This document shows, one piece after another, positions 18,319 through 26,593 of a stretch of DNA of 32,000 nt (within the stretch, counting starts at the first letter, position 1; each line of letters begins with the position of its first letter). The position numbers were made by a program, and so were the translations under genes. Source of the stretch: Methanopyrus kandleri AV19 (lineage in GTDB: Archaea; JAADCQ01; Methanopyri; Methanopyrales; Methanopyraceae). The stretch covers positions 840,001 to 872,000 of the forward strand of contig NC_003551.1 of assembly GCF_000007185.1 (NCBI RefSeq). Reading direction: 5' to 3'. Under the pieces are notes generated by a model that saw only the letters and a list, made by a program, of their open reading frames with translations, was not told the DNA's origin and searched no databases.

Positions 18319-18371
18319 GTGATGACTGCGCTACAGACCGAGATTTCGATGAGGAGGGGCCGCTTGGCTGA
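18319..18371 (+). ncRNA. Candidate C/D box sRNA (degenerate internal boxes)
   Basis: C GTGATGA (18319-18325), 12 nt CTGCGCTACAGA, D'-like CCGA (18338-18341), 4-5 nt, C'-like TCGATGA (18346-18352), 15 nt, D CTGA (18368-18371). Confidence 0.4.
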
Positions 18372-18398
18372 GTGAAGACCTTAGCGGGCTGATCTACG

Positions 18399-18818
18399 TT
18401 GACCGAGAAAGTGAGGAGGATCGTGCGGATCAAGGCCACGGGCGACGTGGTCCGTGCCCTGTCCAGGGTGGTGGAGGAAGGGTTGGAGCTCAGCATACTC
18501 AACGCGTCCGTGTCGCCGGATGCCGTGGCCGCCGAGATCGCGGTTCAGGCCGTCGACGACGAGCACGTACGGAACTTCCTGCGTACCCTGCGTGAGTTCG
18601 GGATCGAGGTCGAGGAGATCGAGAAGACGTTAGTACGTGATGAAGACAGATGCTTGCACTGCACGGCCTGTCACTCCGTGTGTCCTACCGGGGCGATCGA
18701 GCTCAAAGGAGTCGAGGTCGAGCTCGACGATGAGGAGTGCATCGTGTGCGGATCCTGTACGGAGATATGCCCCGTAGGTGCTCTCCGCATCGCGTCCAAA
18801 GAGGGTGAGCGGGGATGA
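18399..18818 (+). CDS. NIL-domain plus 2[4Fe-4S] ferredoxin; homocysteine biosynthesis-type ferredoxin (MA1822-like)
   Basis: RCLHCTACHSVCPTGAI...ECIVCGSCTEICPVGAL (two CxxCxxCxxxCP) preceded by an approx. 80-aa NIL/ACT-like domain. TTG start. Confidence 0.85.
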   Translation: MTEKVRRIVRIKATGDVVRALSRVVEEGLELSILNASVSPDAVAAEIAVQAVDDEHVRNFLRTLREFGIEVEEIEKTLVRDEDRCLHCTACHSVCPTGAIELKGVEVELDDEECIVCGSCTEICPVGALRIASKEGERG

Positions 18819-19825
18819 AGTTCTGGATCCCCCACCCTGGCCATACTTCCGGTCTCGAGGCTCTCCTTTCCGGGATCGACGACCTCGGGCGGGTGGAAGC
18901 CGTATACACCGGAGGCTCTCCCGATGAGGTCGGTACCGGCAGGCCCAACCTTCACTACCCACGACTCGACGAAGTCCGCGAGCAGGTCGAGCTGGCGCAC
19001 TCTCACGACGTGCTGTACGACGTCGTCATCAACTCCACCTGTCCCCTCCGGGGCGAACCTACCAGGCGCGTGGCGGAGCGTTACTCGAATTATCTAGAAG
19101 AGCTGGAAAAAGCTGGCGTCGACGGTGTGGTGGTGGCGGACCCCTTCGTGCTCAAACTGGCTGCCGAGGTCTTCGACAGGATCACGGTCTCGTGTCTCGC
19201 TTTCGTCAACACACCAGAAAAGGCCGAGTTCTACGCCGACGTGGCGACGGCGATCACGGTGGACACCAGCTTCAACCGCCGGTTCGAAGTCCTGGAGGAG
19301 CTCTCCCGGCTCCAGGTCGAGCTGAAGGTCATCGTGAACGAGGGGTGCTTACTCGATTGTCCGTACCGACCCTTCCACTTCAACATCTTCTCGCATCTGT
19401 ACGGCCCCGACGAGGTGTCGGTGTACGATGACTACTACTACCGCAGATGCATCGCGGACCGCTTGGAACACCCGGAGCTGATAATCAAGTCACCGTGGAT
19501 CCGCCCCGAGGACCTGGGACACTACCTCGAGTACGTGGACGCGTTCAAGATCTCTGGGAGGTCGCATCAGGTCGAGTGGATAGTCGAGGTGGTGAACGCA
19601 TACCTAGAGGGTCGCTGGGACGGTAACCTGCTGCACATCTTGGACTGCCCACGTGAGCTTCGGGACGTGTTCTACGTGCCCAACCCGGAATTAGACGGTG
19701 CGATTGAGAGGTGGAAGGAATGCGACTTCAGGTGTCACGAGTGCGGCTTCTGCCGTGAACTGGCCGATCGCGTGGTTGAAGTTCGAGAGTTCAAGAGCAC
19801 CGTCGTAGGGGAGGTGAGCGCCTAA
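18815..19825 (+). CDS. U32 peptidase-family protein (UbiV/TrhP-like fold)
   Basis: GVDGVVVADPFVLKLAAE, VNEGCLLDCPYRPFHFNIFSH, SPWIRPEDLGHYLEYVDAFKISGR, C-terminal CDFRCHECGFC. ATGA overlap with the ferredoxin gene. Confidence 0.85.
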   Translation: MKFWIPHPGHTSGLEALLSGIDDLGRVEAVYTGGSPDEVGTGRPNLHYPRLDEVREQVELAHSHDVLYDVVINSTCPLRGEPTRRVAERYSNYLEELEKAGVDGVVVADPFVLKLAAEVFDRITVSCLAFVNTPEKAEFYADVATAITVDTSFNRRFEVLEELSRLQVELKVIVNEGCLLDCPYRPFHFNIFSHLYGPDEVSVYDDYYYRRCIADRLEHPELIIKSPWIRPEDLGHYLEYVDAFKISGRSHQVEWIVEVVNAYLEGRWDGNLLHILDCPRELRDVFYVPNPELDGAIERWKECDFRCHECGFCRELADRVVEVREFKSTVVGEVSA

Positions 19826-19826
19826 A

Positions 19827-20189
19827 TTGTCCAAGAAGCTACTGCGTAGGTGCGCCGCACAGCTCAAACGTGTGCAGGATGCGCTCGGGGACGACGCGGT
19901 AGTCTCCGAGGTTGACCTGTTCGTGGCACGGTGCGGTTGTGTAGGTGTCGTGTTCATGGTCCGGGGCGTCGAGCTACGAGATATCAGCGACGAGGTTCTT
20001 GACGGACTGGAGGAAGCCGGGAAGGCCCTGGGCGTGCGACCCGACGTGGTTTACGCGCGCGTCGTCCCCGGCACCCAAGTGGTGATCGATCTGGCCGTCC
20101 GAACACTGTGCGACACGTGTCGTCGCGAGTTCTCCGGGGAGGAGCCCAGGCCCGACCTGAAGGTGCTCAGGGGCGCCACCGAGCGTTGA
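19827..20189 (+). CDS. Small cysteine-containing hypothetical protein (120 aa)
   Basis: TTG start directly after the preceding stop; Cys in RRCAA, CGC and CDTC; ends with an overlap into the next gene. No family recognised. Confidence 0.7.
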   Translation: MSKKLLRRCAAQLKRVQDALGDDAVVSEVDLFVARCGCVGVVFMVRGVELRDISDEVLDGLEEAGKALGVRPDVVYARVVPGTQVVIDLAVRTLCDTCRREFSGEEPRPDLKVLRGATER

Positions 20190-20890
20190 CCCGAAGATGG
20201 TACCTGTGTTGTTCACGTCACCACCTCGACACCGTCCCCGAAGACTCCGACGGGATCGTCGTACCGGTCACCGAGCACGGTGTGGCCACTTTGCTACCCC
20301 GGTATCCGGAGACTTACGAAGTGGAGGACATCGTCGACGTGGCAAAAGATCGAGGATTATCGGTGCAGGCGCTCATGGACTTCACGTGCGCCGGCTGTGA
20401 GCATCTATCTCCCGATGGCTATCCCTCGCTTCGTTCGACCCTCGACTATTTGGCCTCGGACTTGGAGGTCGACGGTGTGGTGGTGGCGGATCCGTACCTG
20501 GTGGAAGTGCTCGCTACGGAGTACGATCTCACAGTGGTAGTCTCGCATACCGCCGCCGTGGATACTCCGGAGAAGGCGTGGCACTTCGAGCGACTCGGAG
20601 CTGACGTCATCACTGTGGATCCGGCGCTGAACTCGAACGAGGAAGAGGTTTCCGCCATCCGAGAGCGGGTCAGTGTCGAACTCCGGACCGCCGTAGGCGC
20701 GATTACGTTCCGGGACCCGGTCGCCTTCTTCGAGCGTAACCTGTTCTCGCACGCCACGGCCGAGGGAATCGAAGTGGACCCCTACCGTAACAATCCCTAC
20801 GAGCCGATGAGGGAGAGGGTCGTTGTGTGGGAGGTTCGTGAGGAGCTGTTCGACGAGGTCTTCATCCTCGCCTCCGGAGAACCTCCGTGA
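20186..20890 (+). CDS. Shortened, divergent U32-family paralogue lacking the C-terminal Cys motif
   Basis: LEVDGVVVADPYLVEVLATEYDLTVVVSHTAAVDTPEKAWHFERLGADVITVDPALNSN aligns with GVDGVVVADPFVLKLAAEVFDRITVSCLAFVNTPEKAEFYADVATAITVDTSFN in the gene at 18815. TTG 20186 overlaps the preceding TGA; GTG 20282 is an alternative start. Confidence 0.7.
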   Translation: MTRRWYLCCSRHHLDTVPEDSDGIVVPVTEHGVATLLPRYPETYEVEDIVDVAKDRGLSVQALMDFTCAGCEHLSPDGYPSLRSTLDYLASDLEVDGVVVADPYLVEVLATEYDLTVVVSHTAAVDTPEKAWHFERLGADVITVDPALNSNEEEVSAIRERVSVELRTAVGAITFRDPVAFFERNLFSHATAEGIEVDPYRNNPYEPMRERVVVWEVREELFDEVFILASGEPP

Positions 20891-22367
20891 TATCGGTCCT
20901 GGTCACTATCCCCACGACCCTGTTTTCCCCGTCCACCACGGGTAGACATGAGATGTTATGTCTGTCCATGCGCCTTAACGCCTCGTCGACGGACTCGTGG
21001 GGCCTGATCGTGATCACGTCCTCGGTCATGATGTCTTTGAGTCGCCTCTTCCCCTCTGCGACGGCCGCTGCGATGTCCCAGGACGTCACGATCCCTACGA
21101 TCCTCCCCTCTTCGTCGACCACTGGGATGTGGTTGATCTCCTTCTCTATCAACCTCCGCGCGACGTCCTCGATGCTCTCGTCCGGTGACGCCGTCACGAC
21201 GCTCTCGGTCATGATATCCCTGACGCGGGGGAGGGAGGGCGGTCGGTAAGGCATGGGTCTGAACTCACGCTCCCTAGGCAGTGGCTCTACGGGTTGGGTC
21301 AGCGTGAACTCTCCCTCCTCGATCTCCTCCTTGAGGCGCTCCGCGATCTCGAGGGCCATCTTGTAACTGGACAGTGCTCCCGTCCTCACCGTTCTACCTT
21401 CGATCTCCACTTTCCCGGATCTGAGCTCTTCGTAGGTCACCCTCTTCACCACGGGTCGGTCCCGGGACGGTATCCCGTAGTCGACGATCGGCACCTCGAT
21501 ATCGGCGTCGCTCACGCCCGTGGAGGCCGCTACCCGCTCGTCGAGCACGGGGATAGGGACTCCGATGCCGACCGCCAGGCTTACACCGTACTTCTCCAAC
21601 ACGACGGGGCGTAGGTACTCGGGGTCCGCTTCCTTCAGATCGCCCCTGACCATCAGCGTCGCCATGCCGCTGGAGGGATCGTGTTGCGTGCCTTCACCTA
21701 TGATGTATCCGTGAGATCCGGCGAGCCATATCCGCGTACCTATCCCGATGGTTCGGAACTCGGGGTCGTTCGCGAGCGGATTCAGCTGGCCCGCACCGCA
21801 GTACGTGACGTTCCCGTACTCGGGGAGCAGCTTGCCCATGTAGGTGTACAGGGTCTCTTCGGAAGAGTTCGTCGCCGCGACGTACCTCTGGTAGGAATTC
21901 CTCGGATTGACTATCACGGCCTGGTTGATGTCATCGATCGTGATCAGCGTCTCGACGGACTCCCTCGGGTAACAGTCGGTGACGGACCCCTCCGCCCGCA
22001 ACACGACCTCTTCACCGGACGCCAGCTCGTGGATCACGTGTGCCCCTCCGTACTCGATGCCACGATCCTCGCTAGGCTGGGTAGCGCCCAGATAAGCGTC
22101 CACCGCCGCGATACCGGTGTAGGCTTCCACTTCGTTCAACCAGACTCGCCTCATCTTGATCGGGGGGTCCGAGTGCCCGAAGTTCAGGAACACGCCCGAG
22201 CTGCACATGGGTCCGAAGGTAGCGCACGTAACCACATCTACCTCTTTAGCGGCACGTTCGGGCCCGATATCTTCGACGATTTCCACCATCTCCTCCGCGG
22301 TCACCACACAGACCTCTCCACGCTCGATTCGGCGGTTGATCTCATCGATACTCTTCCGACCCGGCAA
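20862..22367 (-). CDS. DUF39 (homocysteine biosynthesis)/CBS-domain protein, probable L-aspartate semialdehyde sulfurtransferase (MA1821-like)
   Basis: CATFGPMCSSGVFLNFGHSDPPIKM, DVEVPIVDYGIPSRDRP, then two CBS motifs (VRDIMTESVVTASPDESIEDVARRLIEKEINHIPVVDEEGRIVGIVTSWDI; LKDIMTEDVITIRPHESVDEALRRM). Confidence 0.85.
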   Translation of the reverse strand: MPGRKSIDEINRRIERGEVCVVTAEEMVEIVEDIGPERAAKEVDVVTCATFGPMCSSGVFLNFGHSDPPIKMRRVWLNEVEAYTGIAAVDAYLGATQPSEDRGIEYGGAHVIHELASGEEVVLRAEGSVTDCYPRESVETLITIDDINQAVIVNPRNSYQRYVAATNSSEETLYTYMGKLLPEYGNVTYCGAGQLNPLANDPEFRTIGIGTRIWLAGSHGYIIGEGTQHDPSSGMATLMVRGDLKEADPEYLRPVVLEKYGVSLAVGIGVPIPVLDERVAASTGVSDADIEVPIVDYGIPSRDRPVVKRVTYEELRSGKVEIEGRTVRTGALSSYKMALEIAERLKEEIEEGEFTLTQPVEPLPREREFRPMPYRPPSLPRVRDIMTESVVTASPDESIEDVARRLIEKEINHIPVVDEEGRIVGIVTSWDIAAAVAEGKRRLKDIMTEDVITIRPHESVDEALRRMDRHNISCLPVVDGENRVVGIVTRTDITEVLRRRG

Positions 22368-23466
22368 CGCCGGAACCCCGCAGGCCGCGGTGGAGCACGC
22401 CCAGTTCCTCCTCCAGCTTAAGCACCTTCCCCGGATCCGCTGACTTCACGGGGTTGCGCGGTGCCAGCGGACACGGGCGATGCTCCTTAGATACCTCGAA
22501 AAGCCCCAGCCGTTCCGAGAGGCGTTGTACCTCGTTCTTATCGAAACCCAACAACGGACGGAAGACCGGAAACCGTGCCACGCGATCGATTACCGCCAGG
22601 TTATCCGGGATTTGGCTCGCCACCTGTCCGATGACGTCTCCCATGACCACGGCCACGGCTCCGACGTTTTCGCACACGTCACACGCCCTACGTATCATCT
22701 CCCGCTTGCACAATACGCATCGGTATCGGGCCGATTCGCCCTCCAGCCCCTCCAGACTCTCCATGAAATCTTCGAAGTCCTCGATCAAAAGCTCCACGTC
22801 GGACGGTAACCACTCGGAGAACTTCCCAGCGAGCCGTTCTACGGCGTCCACCTCCGACCCGTACTTACCCCGGTCCAAATGCAGCCAGATCACCTCACAT
22901 CCACGACGAGCTGCGTACCAAGCGGCTACAGGGCTGTCGATACCACCGGATACCAGGCATACAACGCGGGACTGAGAGCCGTAGGGGAGACCGCCCGGGC
23001 CATCCTTCATCCACGAGTCCAGGTACACGAAGGTCCCTTCGGGCCGTAGTTCCACGTGAATCTCAACCTCGGGCTCGTCCAGGTTCACGGTCCAACCGGT
23101 GTATCGCCTGATCAGGTCACCGAGTTCCACGTTCATCTCTCGGGAGGAGGGTGCGTCGTGTGTGGCTCTCCGGGCCCGTACGGCGAACGATCGGGCCTTT
23201 AAGTCGTTCAGTACGTCCTTCATTTCCGTGAACACGTCCTCGGGGTCGTGAGAGTCGACGCGGAGCGTGCGCGTCCACCGTTCCACACCGAAGGTTTTAC
23301 CGATCGCTTCGGGAACCTCCGGATCGGCGACCAGCAGGCGACCCTCTAACCGTTTCACTCGCCCGCCGGACTGTTCTTCCAAATTCCGGGCCAACAGCCG
23401 CTCCATGCGTCGTCGGACCGGTGGGGACTTAACGGCTATCTCTCCGTACATTACCAAGCACTCCAC
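22342..23466 (-). CDS. thiI: tRNA 4-thiouridine sulfurtransferase
   Basis: VECLVMYGEIAVKSPPVRRRMERLL, THUMP region, VVCLVSGGIDSPVAAW PP-loop, CVLCKREMIRRACDVC cysteines typical of methanogen ThiI. GTG start 23466. Confidence 0.9.
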   Translation of the reverse strand: MECLVMYGEIAVKSPPVRRRMERLLARNLEEQSGGRVKRLEGRLLVADPEVPEAIGKTFGVERWTRTLRVDSHDPEDVFTEMKDVLNDLKARSFAVRARRATHDAPSSREMNVELGDLIRRYTGWTVNLDEPEVEIHVELRPEGTFVYLDSWMKDGPGGLPYGSQSRVVCLVSGGIDSPVAAWYAARRGCEVIWLHLDRGKYGSEVDAVERLAGKFSEWLPSDVELLIEDFEDFMESLEGLEGESARYRCVLCKREMIRRACDVCENVGAVAVVMGDVIGQVASQIPDNLAVIDRVARFPVFRPLLGFDKNEVQRLSERLGLFEVSKEHRPCPLAPRNPVKSADPGKVLKLEEELGVLHRGLRGSGVAGSEEYR

Positions 23467-23511
23467 GAGGGTTACCCCGACTGGGTCCGGCCAGGACGGA
23501 CGCTTTGGAGG

Positions 23512-24411
23512 TTGTGTGACGCACGGAGGGGGTGTTCGACGCTGGGACTGCTGGATTCGTTGCTCGGTGGAGGAGATGAAGGGTCCGGGGAGGCCGAGGT
23601 GCGGGAAGTGCGGGATGAGGTCATCGAAGTGGAGCTCATCCGAGGCCCGGTGTACTTCAAGAACGACAGTATCATCGCGGCTCGGGGCGACCTGGAATTC
23701 TTGGCGACCAAGCCGGTTCGCTCGTCCGGAGGGATCACGGGACTCCTTGAGAAGGTGCTCAAGGCGAAGCTGCTCGGTCTGAGACGGTACTTCGTGAAAG
23801 TCGATGGGTCGGGAGTGTTGTACGCGGGTGACGGCGGTAAAGTCAAGGTGCTGGAGGTACCGGAGGGTGAGACCGTCACCGTGAACCAGGATCGGCTGCT
23901 CTTCACGACTACTCCGGCCGACGTGGCGGCTCAACTCGATGCGAGCGTGCTCAGTACAGGGCTCATCGACATGGGATTCGAGGGCCCCTGCAAGATCGTG
24001 GTCACAGCGGAGTGTGATCCCGTGACAGTCGAGGTGGACGGAGGTCCTGTCTACGTCGATCCGGAGTGTTTGATAGCTTGGACCGGTGATCTGACGTTCT
24101 CCGCGACCTGGAAGGGAAGCGCGTTCGACTTCTTGCTAGGCCGGGAGCACGGGGAGGAGTTCCTGCTCGAAGCGCACGGTTACGGGAAAGTTCTAGTGGC
24201 TCCGTACGACGAGAGGATTAGACGGTTGGAGCGTATGATCCGTCGTGCCGGTGCAAGAGGAGGTGGCGTCGTCGGTGGAGGCGAGAACTACGGGGAAGAA
24301 TACGGAGAAGAATATGAAGAGTATGAAGAGTCGTCGGATGAGGGTGGGCTGTTCGACGACCTCTTCGACTTCGACTTTGACACCGACGACTTCGACCTCG
24401 ACTTCGACTGA
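23512..24411 (+). CDS. AIM24/TIGR00266-like beta-rich protein with long acidic low-complexity C-terminus
   Basis: EVELIRGPVYFKNDSIIAARGDLEFLAT..., GSGVLYAGDGGKVKVLEVPEGETVTVNQDRLLFTT; tail GENYGEEYGEEYEEYEESSDEGGLFDDLFDFDFDTDDFDLDFD. Confidence 0.75.
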   Translation: MCDARRGCSTLGLLDSLLGGGDEGSGEAEVREVRDEVIEVELIRGPVYFKNDSIIAARGDLEFLATKPVRSSGGITGLLEKVLKAKLLGLRRYFVKVDGSGVLYAGDGGKVKVLEVPEGETVTVNQDRLLFTTTPADVAAQLDASVLSTGLIDMGFEGPCKIVVTAECDPVTVEVDGGPVYVDPECLIAWTGDLTFSATWKGSAFDFLLGREHGEEFLLEAHGYGKVLVAPYDERIRRLERMIRRAGARGGGVVGGGENYGEEYGEEYEEYEESSDEGGLFDDLFDFDFDTDDFDLDFD

Positions 24412-24459
24412 CCTCCCTCCCCCGCGGCCTATTGTTATTAATTCCATAACGATCTCGGA

Positions 24460-24537
24460 TGGGGCCGCGGCCGGGATTTGAACCCGGGGCCACCGGCTCC
24501 ACAGGCCGGCGCTCTAACCAGGCTGAGCTGCCGCGGC
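24460..24537 (-). tRNA. tRNA-His (anticodon GTG), CCA encoded, C at position 8
   Basis: Reverse strand GCCGCGG CA GCTC AGCCTGGTTA GAGC G CCGGC CTGTGGA GCCGG TGGCC CCGGG TTCAAAT CCCGG CCGCGGC C CCA: all four stems are perfect; anticodon loop CTGTGGA. Confidence 0.97.
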
Positions 24538-24565
24538 GCTCCCGAACCGCCACACCCTACGCTTG

Positions 24566-24580
24566 ATTATAAAGGTTTCC
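24566..24580 (-). promoter_or_regulatory. Archaeal BRE/TATA box for tRNA-His
   Basis: Reverse strand GGAAACCTTTATAAT about 30 nt upstream of the tRNA 5' end; overlaps the stop codon of the upstream gene. Confidence 0.7.
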
Positions 24581-26555
24581 GACCGGCCGCCCAGACCACC
24601 GAAACCAACACCGCCAGTATGCAGCCCGCTAAGTACGCTCTACTTTGGTGCCTCTCCCAACCCACGTAGCGGACGATCGCGGGCTTTCCGTCGGTCTTTA
24701 CCAGCATATAGGGACCTACGGGACATACCTGTCCCTCACGCCCGTTCACAGCCCAGAACGGGGCCCATCCCCATGGAATCAGTACGAACTCGGCTCTTCC
24801 GGGCGTTCGAACCTCGATCTCGTCCGAGTCGATCCTCAGCGCGTCATCACGCGGTCCGTTAACGACGTCTACGTACTTCACCAGCCTCGCGCTTACCTCG
24901 TCGACATCGGCACCCCAAGACCACGGGAGGAGGCCACCTGAAACCCTCATCACGACCCTCGCCCGTTTAACCAGCCCCAGTTTTACCGCCTCTCTCCAGC
25001 CCATCTTATCGACCACGAGTACGTCCCCGGTCCAAGGCAACTCGTTGGGATCGAGCTCTTGTCCCGACATTACGGTCCTGGGGTACACCCCGGGCACTAT
25101 CGGCGGTCGTCCTAAGGCACCTGCCAGCTTCGCCCACAGGATGCCATACAGGCTGAACGATCCCACGTACAGTACCTTGAACCGCTTCACAGGCACCGCG
25201 TCGTCCAGCGTTAATACGGGTCTCCCACACCAGCTCACACGGTCCCTTCCCGTCGATCTCCGGACGGCGGTACCTCTAACGTCCACGTATCCGATCGGGA
25301 GGGCTCGCAGGTACGGGTCGAGCTCCTTCCTGGTGACTTCCACGGCCTTCGAGAACTCCCAGCGGCTGGCGTACAGGTACGAGCATACGGACGGATCGTT
25401 TACCAGCACCAGGACCGGAGTGAGCGATTGCAACTGCGGTTCCGAAGCCCCCTGATAGAACGCTCCGGCTATCGAGTAAACGGGCTTTCCGGAGAATTCC
25501 GGTGACAGGGCCTCGAACCCGTTGTCGCCGGCTACCAGTACCCTCCAACTCGCCGTTCCGGCGGATTCCCAGTGCATGGGCTGGAACGATACCATCAGTG
25601 CTAGGATGGGGAACCCTACCGCCGAAAGACCCGATCCGAGGTAGGCGATCCGTCGAAGTCGCTCGTAACGCTCGACGACTATCATCGACGAGAGTATCGC
25701 CGTCAGCAGTACCCTCCACGGGTCCAGTTGAGACAGCGGCCATACCGGCCCGACGATCGCCTCCGTGGACCACAAGATCGGCCAAGGTAGCACCGGGAGT
25801 ACCGATCCACCGCCTCGGCTCGCCGCGAAAACCGCCCACAGCATTCCCAGTCCGGGAGCTACCCAATGTTCCCACGGGGACGCCCGCGTCCACGCGGGTG
25901 GTACCCATGTGAAGGCCGACGTCAGGAAGTACGTGGACAGGACCGCGGTCGGCACCGCCGGCAAGAGCGCCAAGAGAAGTCTCCTCTCCTCCATCGACTC
26001 CAGCAGGAGGGCCGGGAGGACGTACAGGGGGTTTCCCAGGAGCGATAACATCCATAACCACAGTACCGGCAGACCGCGGAGGACGCTTCCCCTACACCTT
26101 CGTAGAATCAGCGCCGCACCCGCCGTTCCCAACGAAAACGTCGTGACCACCCGGGTGGAGAAGACCTCTACGATCTGGAAGGGCACGCTGGCCGCGTACA
26201 CCATCATAGCCGCGTCGGCTCTAGGAGTGGACATCCCCTTGAATTTGAGTATCGACCAGATCCAGCACGGTAGTGAGCGGTAGACACCGTCGATCAGCGT
26301 GCACGCGAGATAGGGATCCGCGAGCCACCGGTGGAAGAGCACCGCGGGTAGGAAGGGGAGTACCGGATAGTCGATCATCGGGGGCCTACCCGTGTACGAG
26401 TAGGGATCCCAGTCTCCTCTGGCTAGCCCTCTCGTCCCGAGCAAGTACACCTTATGTGCTTGCACGGCCAGGTCCATAACTACGGCGTGTTTCCCCCAAA
26501 GTTCAGGGATGGCAGGCGAAAGACTAGCTACCGTGACGAGGAGCGAAACGGCCAC
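24567..26555 (-). CDS. Large polytopic membrane protein with C-terminal extracytoplasmic domain and terminal TM helix; glycosyltransferase-like topology
   Basis: Many hydrophobic segments, DWDPYSYTGRPPMIDYP motif, C-terminal WGWAPFWAVNGREGQVCPVGPYMLVKTDGK...VGWERHQSRAY plus TM. ORF open to 26675; likely GTG start near 26555. Confidence 0.75.
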   Translation of the reverse strand: MAVSLLVTVASLSPAIPELWGKHAVVMDLAVQAHKVYLLGTRGLARGDWDPYSYTGRPPMIDYPVLPFLPAVLFHRWLADPYLACTLIDGVYRSLPCWIWSILKFKGMSTPRADAAMMVYAASVPFQIVEVFSTRVVTTFSLGTAGAALILRRCRGSVLRGLPVLWLWMLSLLGNPLYVLPALLLESMEERRLLLALLPAVPTAVLSTYFLTSAFTWVPPAWTRASPWEHWVAPGLGMLWAVFAASRGGGSVLPVLPWPILWSTEAIVGPVWPLSQLDPWRVLLTAILSSMIVVERYERLRRIAYLGSGLSAVGFPILALMVSFQPMHWESAGTASWRVLVAGDNGFEALSPEFSGKPVYSIAGAFYQGASEPQLQSLTPVLVLVNDPSVCSYLYASRWEFSKAVEVTRKELDPYLRALPIGYVDVRGTAVRRSTGRDRVSWCGRPVLTLDDAVPVKRFKVLYVGSFSLYGILWAKLAGALGRPPIVPGVYPRTVMSGQELDPNELPWTGDVLVVDKMGWREAVKLGLVKRARVVMRVSGGLLPWSWGADVDEVSARLVKYVDVVNGPRDDALRIDSDEIEVRTPGRAEFVLIPWGWAPFWAVNGREGQVCPVGPYMLVKTDGKPAIVRYVGWERHQSRAYLAGCILAVLVSVVWAAGRKPL

Positions 26556-26593
26556 GGCCTCGAATTTAGACGACCTGATGCCGTTCCCCCGGT

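Noticed and set aside
23467-23934. N-terminal extension of thiI in the 530-aa ORF
   Set aside because: Antisense to the AIM24-like gene; the conserved ThiI N-terminus begins at GTG 23466.
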